From contig OY970170.1 of assembly GCA_963706795.1 (NCBI GenBank), forward strand, positions 930,001 to 962,000: 32,000 nt of DNA, read 5' to 3'. The DNA comes from Candidatus Saccharimonadota bacterium (GTDB lineage Bacteria; Patescibacteriota; Gracilibacteria; BD1-5; UBA2023). A program made the translations under genes and the position numbers. The notes beneath the pieces are model-generated. The model saw nothing but the letters and a program-made list of their open reading frames with translations. It was not told the DNA's origin and did not search any database. The stretch's first letter is position 1; the number at the start of each line of letters is the position of its first letter. This document shows positions 1 through 7,963 of the stretch, one piece after another.

Positions 1-72
1 ACACTCTTCTCATCTCATCCTCCACTTACAGAGAGAGTGAAGGCTCTTGAGGCTCGATATGATATCGCCTAA
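1..72 (+). CDS. 3' end of an unidentified CDS (partial; enters from the left edge)
   Basis: Frame 1 is open from base 1 to TAA at 70-72 (..ERVKALEARYDIA*). A strong hairpin follows immediately. There is too little sequence to name the gene. Confidence 0.3.
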   Translation, partial: TLFSSHPPLTERVKALEARYDIA

Positions 73-119
73 AAAAATCCCCCTCCGAAGCTCGTAAGAG
101 CGAAGGAGGGGGATTTTTT
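72..119. terminator. Bidirectional intrinsic terminator
   Basis: A GC-rich stem (tccccctcc ... ggaggggga, with a small internal loop and a gtaa apical loop) has an A-run on its left and a T-run on its right. It sits between two convergent stop codons (70-72 on + and 118-120 on -). Confidence 0.75.
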
Positions 120-1005
120 AACTATTCATGGAAAGTTTTGTAGATATGACATTAAAGAGCATGCCAAATACTACCATTCCATAGATCGTATTTACACCCA
201 TGGCTACACGTTGCAATGCTGTCTGAGGAGAAGCATCGATTCCAAGACCCGAAATCGTCACGAGCGAATTAAAGAAGTAATTCGAATAATCCGTGAGATG
301 TGGAATCATCCTGAGATTATCCGGAGCAAAGTAATCCGCCAACCAATATATGCTTGCAAAAAATATGATCGAAAGTGCACAAGTAAGAGACAGACGCACA
401 AAGCTCGTCCCATAATTAGATATTCCCCGAAATATTGAAAAACCAATGTAGAGACCAAATTCTCGATTGAGGAAGAATCGATTTTTCTTGATATTCATCC
501 GCGTTGTATAGAGCTCTAGGACTCGATCTGACATACTCATATCTTTGTAATATCGCTCAAGTGTGTGTACATAGTGTTCACAAACGTACAAGAAGGCCTT
601 CATCTGGTTGAGATGGATCTTGTTCTCGAGGATATTCAGGCGACGATTTACAGCATTAAAATAGCGCTTGAGATGTACGATTACTCCAAATTTTTTAATC
701 TCACCAAATGCATCAATTTCACCGAGCGATTCATGTGTGATATGTGTGATCTGCGTATCCATTTCCATCAAAAACATATGGAAGAGCTTCTGCATCTCAG
801 GAGTTTCGATCGTAAAAAGACGCAATTTGGTCACGAGACCATAAAAAAGTATCTCGAGTCGTCGCTCTGATCCATGCTTTGTTGCTGCGAGTTCCTTCTT
901 TAAAAACGCGTCAATACTCTGGAGCTCGCGCTTCGTTTCAATATCCTCACCTAGTACAAATGGCTTGATAGTTGAGAGTGTGAAGGCAATGTTTTCTGTG
1001 TTCAT
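118..1005 (-). CDS. Two-TM pore-loop ion channel (K+ channel superfamily) with an N-terminal soluble domain of about 190 aa
   Basis: Intact 295-aa ORF from ATG at 1003-1005 to TAA at 118-120. The C-terminal third has the layout TM, pore helix, filter-like TISGLGID, TM (..FFNSLVTISGLGIDASPQTALQRVAMGVNTIYGMVVFGMLF..). Confidence 0.6.
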   Translation of the reverse strand: MNTENIAFTLSTIKPFVLGEDIETKRELQSIDAFLKKELAATKHGSERRLEILFYGLVTKLRLFTIETPEMQKLFHMFLMEMDTQITHITHESLGEIDAFGEIKKFGVIVHLKRYFNAVNRRLNILENKIHLNQMKAFLYVCEHYVHTLERYYKDMSMSDRVLELYTTRMNIKKNRFFLNREFGLYIGFSIFRGISNYGTSFVRLSLTCALSIIFFASIYWLADYFAPDNLRMIPHLTDYSNYFFNSLVTISGLGIDASPQTALQRVAMGVNTIYGMVVFGMLFNVISTKLSMNS

Positions 1006-1066
1006 ATGGCTATACTAGCGCATCTCGAGATATGCGACAATATTCACGACATGACAAATCCTGCAT

Positions 1067-1795
1067 TTATGACCTAATTAAGACAAGAAAAAACCGCCCG
1101 AAGTGGGCGGTTTTCATTTTGTATCAATGGACTCAGATAGCAAAGCTCGATCGAATAATCAAAAAGCTTGCAAACCAAATCCCACAGGCACGAACTCGAT
1201 GGAACCATCTGGCATAGCGTTCTGCAAAGTACTGCAGAGCGCCATAGAGTATCCAAGCACCTATGATCATACTGATTACACCAAAGATATTACCAAGTAA
1301 ATACCAGGATGTTTCCATCCAATCTTTACCAATAATATTTGCAGTATTCACAGCAATGTCATCTGTGCAATTTACTCCAAAACCCTTAAAAGCATCCTGG
1401 AATATTTTTGGAGTACTAACAGTTATGAGACTGACGAGCTTGCCGTAGAATGACGTATTTGTTTCGTCATCTTCCTCCGAATTTTCTTCTGAAGAATATG
1501 ATTCTTGCCATGCATCCACCCCCAATTTAAAAACAAGACCCGCAGCAATGAGGCCCACTGCGTACTTCAATGAGATACCCATGATCTTAACTTCAAGCAG
1601 TGCGGTCAATGAAGTTCCCACTGTAATCACGATCACGAGCATAACAATATACATAGCAATGAGTCCCGCAGTTGCCTGCAGTTTTTCCTTGCCATTTTTT
1701 GCACCAGCCATGATGCTACCAAAAATAATGGCGTCATCAATGCCGGTTGCATACCAAATAGTGAAACCGAACAGCATGAGCGCTAGCGGATCCAT
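1067..1795 (-). CDS. Integral membrane protein with two half-repeats carrying DD motifs; function unknown
   Basis: ATG at 1793-1795. The standard-code ORF ends at TGA 1133-1135. Under table 25 the frame continues 22 codons to TAA at 1067-1069. It has hydrophobic helices on both sides of an acidic loop (SSEENSEEDDE), with motifs GIDDAIIFG and CTDDIAVNT. Its start lies 4 nt from the upstream gene's stop, which suggests an operon. Confidence 0.6.
1085..1113 (-). terminator. Intrinsic terminator (minus strand)
   Basis: Stem ccgccc/gggcgg (1094-1099 with 1105-1110) extended by A:T pairs, with a 5-nt loop. On the minus strand it is followed by a TTTTTT run (the complement of 1088-1093). Confidence 0.75.
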
Positions 1796-1798
1796 AGT

Positions 1799-2398
1799 TT
1801 AGTCCTTTATCTCGTATTTCAGAGATTTTGGCTGGCCCGAGGGCAGTTCTATGTGTTCAACATCGTCAGCTGGTGTAGCTATTTCCGGCTGAGGTACTTC
1901 TGTGGAAGCTTCTTGAAATTGGAACATTGCCTTGATGGCCTCCATTGCATCAGATACATCCTTCCACTTAATGGTCCCAAGCATCTCTAAAATTGAATGC
2001 TCGGTGTCATTAAAATAGGCGATAGCAACAATCTTACTGCCATCCTTTCTTTCTTTTACTGCAATCACCATAATGAGGTCATATGCAGTCTCTGGCGCAA
2101 ATTCATCATAAGCCCAATCTCCAAGAATATTTTCCGAAGATTGAGCAACTTTCAGTGCAAGTTCTTTAGCGATGTTGTTTAATTCAGCTGTGTCGCCTTG
2201 AATGAGATTTTGAATCTCATTCAAGGCCCGAGTACCATAGTACTCATGAAAAATTGGATCGGAAGCCCCTTGTTGGGGGTATACAATTAAATGAGCAATA
2301 ACAACTTCATCAATTCTAACTACATCATTGTCGACAATTGCACGCTCAAAGACCTCAACTAGCTGTTGAGATATACTACCAGAAAGATTGTAGTTCAT
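1799..2398 (-). CDS. Hypothetical protein (199 aa)
   Basis: Intact ORF from ATG at 2396-2398 to TAA at 1799-1801. AAGGAG lies 6 nt upstream of the ATG (the complement of 2405-2410). I recognise no family. Confidence 0.6.
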   Translation of the reverse strand: MNYNLSGSISQQLVEVFERAIVDNDVVRIDEVVIAHLIVYPQQGASDPIFHEYYGTRALNEIQNLIQGDTAELNNIAKELALKVAQSSENILGDWAYDEFAPETAYDLIMVIAVKERKDGSKIVAIAYFNDTEHSILEMLGTIKWKDVSDAMEAIKAMFQFQEASTEVPQPEIATPADDVEHIELPSGQPKSLKYEIKD

Positions 2399-2493
2399 GA
2401 CTTACTCCTTTGTATTTGTGGATGTTAATTACAGTTCAAGCCCCTTGATTTTGAAGGGGTTGTGGCTCGACAAATATAGTGGGATAGGTTTAG

Positions 2494-5433
2494 TTATCAA
2501 ATTTTGTTTCTCGTGTACAAAATTTCTAATTCATTCTCTAATCGATTGATGACCTTATCTTGAACACCAATTCATAAAAGCCTTTCTTTTAATTCGCTCA
2601 TTCTTTCCTCTATACCTCTAGTGTTATAGATGCGTCACTTATCGTAGGGGCTTTTAGGAAAAGTATACGAGGCTGATAAAATATTTCTTAAAATCATCCA
2701 TAATTCTTCATTCAAAAGATATTTTTTTGATTTTGTGATTCAAATACACAAAAGAAATACTTTCTTATCAATACTAATATTCTCAGTATTCTGTATATTT
2801 CGTAATTTTTTAAAGAATATTTTCCTTCGTTTCCTTTGAAATCTGAATCCAAATTTACGTCCGTAATCATTGCAAAAGTCCTGAATATAATTTTCGAGAA
2901 AGAATCCTCGAACACTGCTAATGCCTTTAGTAAACCATCTTTGAATTAATCGAGATTCCAGCTCTCTGCTTAAGATTTTCTCTTCAAATCAAGTATAAAT
3001 TGAGCGCTTCTCAAAAGATAATTTAAACATAGAACTCAAAGTATGCCACACACTTTTGCGTATTTGATTGTCATATAATAGTGCTATTTTCCCTGAATCT
3101 TCAATGCTGATGAGTGCCTGTACCCATCAATTAATATCAGATAATCTAAGTCTGTAGGCACTATAAATACCATCCTCTTTCATTAGATCAATCTTCGTAT
3201 CGTCAGGAAGCATTGTAAGTAGAAAATTTGCTACTTCTGGTTGTAGTGGTTTAAGTCTAGAGAGTGGATTGTCATCGATAGCTCGATTAGCATAGAAGAA
3301 CTCATTTGTAAGTGTTCTTTGTCTTGCTAGGTTTTTTGCAACAAAGTATTCAAAAAAACTTTTGTGCATAAATTGCAGACTGCCTACCGAATCTCGATAA
3401 ATGAGATTTAATCTCTCAAGGAGCTCACTATTCTCTGGTGTTAGATTTTTAATCTTTGGAGACGCTCTTAATTCAAATCTCTCCATTGCAAACCTCTCAA
3501 GTATTTCCATATCCCCATTTAACTCTTTTGCAGCGCGTTTACTATCCTTCTGATAGCGGCGCTCAGTTTTTTCACGATCATGTATAACGAGGATAAGCCT
3601 AATGATCGTTTCGTATAGTTCGGCAATATTAGTTATTTCAGCAATTCATTTAACTTTAAAGTCTTGCCATTGTTCAGTTGGTATGGCACTTTCATTGCTT
3701 AGCAGCTGAATGAAAGTAAGTAGTAAAGGATTGTATTCAAGATGATTTTCATAAATTAATGATAGTCTTTGTTGTATTATTGTAAGTGCTTTTTTATTAG
3801 TAATGCGTTCCTCAAAATACTTTCTTAAATCTAGTGCCTTAAGAGCATGCTTTTTAAGACTTCAGATTGTTTTTAGTCAATCTGGACGACTAGTTATTAG
3901 AATGCTGATCTCACCTTCCTTGCTTAGTAGCTCTATATAATCCAGAAATAACTCACGAATTTCATCAACTGCAATTTCATCAATTCAGTCTATACAAAGA
4001 ATGTTTGCACCATAGAATTCCTTTTTCATGTATTCCCCCGCTTCAGATAGAGTTTCAATTACATTGAATTCCTTCGCCTCAAAGAAGCCTATTTTTTTAT
4101 GAGGGTATTGCATCAAAAGATCATATACAGTACTTGCTAACCATACAGTCTTTCATGCTCATACAATGTCCGTAAGTTGATATTGTTGTATACTTGCAAA
4201 TTGATTTCAGAATATTTCTTGTGTAAATTCCTTTTCGTTACTATTGAGATAGGTATTATGTGGTATTGCGATAGTGCGTTCAATAACAGATCTTCTCCCG
4301 TATTTCCGTATACCTGGATCGATCGAACGCTTAAAAATACTATTTACCTGATCAAGAGTTGCAGCTTTTTCCAAGAGATTCTCATATAAATCAAGAGCTT
4401 TCTTTGACTCAAATATACCTTTAAATTCTCCACGTTGTTCTAGGGTGAGTTTGGAAAAGTAAGTAAGTAGAATAAAGAAGTAATCTATATCTTTTTTTAT
4501 ATTCTCTATTAGAATTTCAAGATCCTTATTATTTAACTCTAATAATTGAGCTCGTTCAGTAAACTTTTTTAAAGTTTCCAGAAATCCTTTTTCTAAACAG
4601 ATAGCTAGACAAATCGTACGGAGTTCTGGAGGAGTTTCTGTACTAAGGAGATACTCATGGGAGAGCTCGGGATTACTGTGAAGTGATGTATTGATATGAT
4701 TCTGTAAATCCAAAATATTATCAATTTTCTCCGAGGTGTATTTTTTTAGAATACTAAAATTCTCGGGGAAAACCTTTAATTGAGATGAGTTTTTTTCTCA
4801 TCCTATATCCCAAGATAAGTATCATTTACTTTCGAATTCTTCCTCACTTCAATTGCTTGAGATATCTGCAAAGCCTCCACTCATCATAAAGGAATGTGCA
4901 TGACTTCTACTTCAAAATAATACATAAGTATATCATGACTTCCGCTCAGCATAGAACTCGCTCAGTATGCTATCAATTTCTATCCCAGCATGTGCAGTTG
5001 ATTTTAGTCGTGAACCATTTTTACTTGGATTAATGGGAGTCTTAACATACTGGATATTGATGTGTGGATAATTTGAAACAATCCAGTCTATTGACTGTCT
5101 AATTCTTAGTTTACACTCGGCTTTTGGTGGCAATAAAAGAATGGTTTTCTCTCATCAGAATAAAGTGTCAAAAAGTGTAATATCTTCTGGCGTAAGCAAA
5201 CCTTCATCAATACTGAGTGCATCGTCATATGCTGCTAATTCGTGATAGGTATCTGTGTCAATAATTGCGCTATCTAATAATGAGAGAATCTTCCTCTTTT
5301 TCTCATCATATATCTGCTTGTTGGTATCTAGCTTAATTGGTAGATGTCGCAATAAAAATATCTTTCCCTCTGTCAATAAAGGAAGGACTTCATTTTGAAG
5401 AGGTAATTCATTAGGTCAAAATGCGCTAGACAT
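2494..5433 (-). CDS. NACHT/STAND P-loop NTPase, about 979 aa, with unassigned N-terminal (about 390 aa) and C-terminal (about 330 aa) regions
   Basis: A single frame is open from ATG 5431-5433 to TAA 2494-2496 once about 20 in-frame TGA codons are read as Gly. This joins track ORFs 5155..5376, 4933..5133, 4207..4713 and 3127..3510. It has a Walker A-like IVGAGKTVW in which both Gly are TGA (4159-4161 and 4153-4155). It has a Walker B ILCIDGIDE with Gly as TGA at 3985-3987. The NACHT-typical motif FMHKSFFEYFVA follows downstream. No TAA or TAG occurs across 2.9 kb of AT-rich DNA. Confidence 0.7.
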
Positions 5434-5468
5434 ACTAGGAATTTACCATATTGAGCGATTCTTGGCAA

Positions 5469-7106
5469 TTACAGAGTATATACAACTCCAATGGGTAGGC
5501 TAGCACTTACAAATTCAAAATCGAATGAAGAAACATTTCCTTTGCAGTTTAAAATCAATTCTTCTTCCTCCGCTTTTAAGAATCTCACAAGTGGGGAAAT
5601 AATCTTTGAGGCCATTTCACTTTTGCTGTTTCTATAGGATGAATGAGGAAGATCGCTGTTCTTTATCTTAAAGTTTCTCGTCTTGATGAGATTGATAATA
5701 AGTTCAGTTGTCGCTTTTTGTGAAGGAATATGCTTGGAATCTAGAGCCCTTCATTTGAAGAAGATTTTTCAAGTATGTTCATCAAATAGCAGTGCATTTT
5801 GAACCTCAGATACATTGTCACAGTAAAGTTTTTCTGCATTGAAGAACTCGATGTAATGTATTTTTTGAGAATAAACTGGGTGTAGAACACCATCAGATCT
5901 AAATTGCTCGATACGCAGATTTCGATCTTCTCTTCATTTATCTAAGAATGAGGCGTATTCAATGCGTATTCAAGGATAGAGTGTTTTTACCTCCTCAAAT
6001 GCTTCGAGAAAGGTGTTTTGTCCAATTCAACGTTCTAGAAAGAATGCGTAAGAGCCACCGCTGTTTGAGCTATACATTGGTATAAAACCAAATTCTTCTC
6101 TCATGTTTGTGCGCTTTTTTGAAAATGTGAACTGCATAGCTTCCGTTAGTCCCTGACTTTCGTAAATAGTGCTAATAAGGGCTGCGAGTGAATTGATGTT
6201 TGAGATAAATTTGGTCCCATAGGCATCATTTGAATCACTAGCTACAAGATCCTTCAAAATTTGAATATTATTGCAAGATAGTGCTGTATAAACTTCTTGA
6301 TAGGCTGCACTGAGGTTTTTGACTACAAAACCTTCTTTCTCGGCTGAAAGTTCCAATTCTTTAAAAACACTTTCATTGTTTTTTCGATTTTTTTCAAGAA
6401 ATGTCGTGTCAGTTTTGGTGCCTGAAAAAATAATTCAGAAATCCAATGGAATTTTTCCTAGGTCTGAATCTTTGACTTCAGTAAGATGATAATGGTCTTT
6501 TATTTTTTCACAGAAAGCTAGTCAGTCGTAGTTTTGAAGGGAATGAATAGAATTCTCGCCAATGCTATTTTGGTGCTTTGAGATGAGCTCTAATTCCTTT
6601 GCAAGTTCGTATTTGCTCTGTATATTCTCGTTTCAGTTTAGAACATCAAACAAACGAAAAACCCCTTCTGCAATAAGTCCTCAAACTAATCCTGAAAAAC
6701 CGAAACAATGCCCTCGTGGTATCTCTGTAAGAATTTCAATAGATACACGTCAAGTAATTCCAGAATTTGCTAAGTACCTATCAATAATTTTTTCTAGCTC
6801 CTGAGTTTGAGAGTTAATCTCATGCATGTTAACTTCTTCAAAGGCATCTCTGTGGATATCGAATTGAGTTACTGCTGTAATTTTAGATACCTGCTCTTTG
6901 ATTTCTTTCATTCCAACAAAGCCGCGTAAGTAAGTCTTACTCTTTGCTATAGGGTAATCTCATGTAAATCCATGAATTACTGAGCCCCATCACATACTAA
7001 AGGGAGTACTAACCACCAGATCATTTCGCAGAAAAAATTCCTCGTATTTTTTAGTGAATCTAATCTGTAGGTGTTCCGAAGTCATTTTTTGCCTTAATGT
7101 AGTCAT
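5469..7106 (-). CDS. GHMP-kinase-like domain fused to a C-terminal OmpR/PhoB-type winged-helix-like domain (about 545 aa)
   Basis: The frame is open from ATG 7104-7106 (alternative ATG at 7083-7085) to TAA 5469-5471 with TGA read as Gly. It includes track ORF 6027..6356. GHMP-like motifs are STPFSMGWGSVIHGFTGDYPIA (motif I-like), EIPRGHCFGFSGLVGGLIAEG (motif II-like, P-x-G-x-G-x-S) and MYSSNSGGSYAFFLERG (motif III-like). The C-terminal segment is IPSQKATTELIINLIKTRNFKIKNSDL...ASKIISPLVRFLKAEEEELILNCKGNVSSFDFEF. It resembles the trans_reg_C pattern (Lt..E..LL..L ... rv.i.rLRkKl ... GY.f). Confidence 0.6.
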
Positions 7107-7114
7107 ATTTCTGA

Positions 7115-7120
7115 ATTATA
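7115..7120 (-). promoter_or_regulatory. Candidate -10 box (perfect TATAAT on the minus strand) 8 nt upstream of the ATG at 7106
   Basis: The plus-strand sequence attata at 7115-7120 is TATAAT on the minus strand, with only tcagaaat between it and the ATG. That geometry fits a leaderless or near-leaderless mRNA. I found no good -35. Confidence 0.35.
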
Positions 7121-7216
7121 TTTCAGTGCATTGTATAAAGTTTTAGATGAGTCTCATCATTTTTCGTGAATTTTTCCTAAGATTTCCTGCTTGTTGGTAT
7201 ACTATATCTACTAAAT

Positions 7217-7963
7217 ATGATCCATATGAATAGCAGTCTTAATCACTCAGAATATCTTATAAAAGTCGGAGAAGATTGAGTTCTTATCCCTGATCTTATT
7301 GAGAAGAAAAAAGCTCATATAGAAGGCATTCTACATCCAACTGAGCATGTCTGGATCTATAATACCTCTGGGTGAATCTTGTTGCAAAAACGACCGCACA
7401 TACCAGGTAAATCGAATTCCTGAAAGCTCGATGTGTCAGTAGCCTGACATACATCTACGACCCTATCTGTAGAGGAACTTGTATCTACACTGCCTGATTA
7501 TTCCTCCTCTTGGGAATTTCGCAGACAATCGGCTATCCGTGAAATTAATGAAGAGTTGGTGGATTCACTTACTATCCAAGAAGAAAAGTTATGTTGTATT
7601 TGAGTTTACAGGGTAAATAACCTGTGAATTTGAAACAATGAACACGTTCTCCAATATATATTGGAGAGTTCAGATAATTTTCAAATGCTAGATTTTGATA
7701 AAGTGGAAGTTGGGGGCTTATATGAGGCATCTATGTTTGCCTTGGAGTCAGATATTCTCTTGAAAGAGAATTATGTGTTTGATCTCGTCACCCGCGATCC
7801 TCACTACTACGCGCCGATCTTTCGAGCTATCCGTTCTCGTCTCTGATTGCAGCCAAATAAGGAGTTCGAAGACTTCGTCCTCCGCACTCCAAAAATTACT
7901 CCTGACTTTACCCCAGTAGTGCTCTCTACCTCCTCAGCCAACTCCTCGGAAACAGATTCTTAA
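7217..7963 (+). CDS. Nudix hydrolase of the IDI-like (COG1443-type) subfamily
   Basis: The CDS runs from ATG 7217 to TAA 7961-7963 with seven in-frame TGA read as Gly. Sequence: HVWIYNTSGGILLQKRPHIPGKSNSGKLDVSVAGH....AIREINEELV (Nudix box REINEEL). Upstream lies TGgTATACT (7195-7203), an extended -10 candidate. The last 39 codons follow a TGA at 7844-7846 and overlap the convergent rsmF-like gene. Confidence 0.7.

Noticed and set aside
2441-2459. The hairpin cccctt-gattttg-aagggg after the NACHT gene, considered as an intrinsic terminator.
   Set aside because: It has only a 6-bp stem and no T-run on either strand. It may be a weak or factor-dependent signal, so I did not list it as a feature.
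2400-7216. The island as a mobile element, looking for an integrase, transposase, flanking direct repeats or a tRNA target.
   Set aside because: No recombinase-like ORF appears in any frame even after TGA read-through. There is no adjacent tRNA. The longest shared string I could find between the two borders is about 6-7 nt (ttgtat), which is not significant.
7217-7963. Calling the Nudix gene a bona fide isopentenyl-diphosphate isomerase (idi) and, with the GHMP kinase and uppS, a mevalonate-pathway cluster.
   Set aside because: The position equivalent to the catalytic Cys of type-1 IDI (..NSVCGHP..) reads ..VSVAGH.., with Ala. I therefore call only the Nudix subfamily. The pathway idea is kept as an alternative hypothesis in the findings, not as an annotation.
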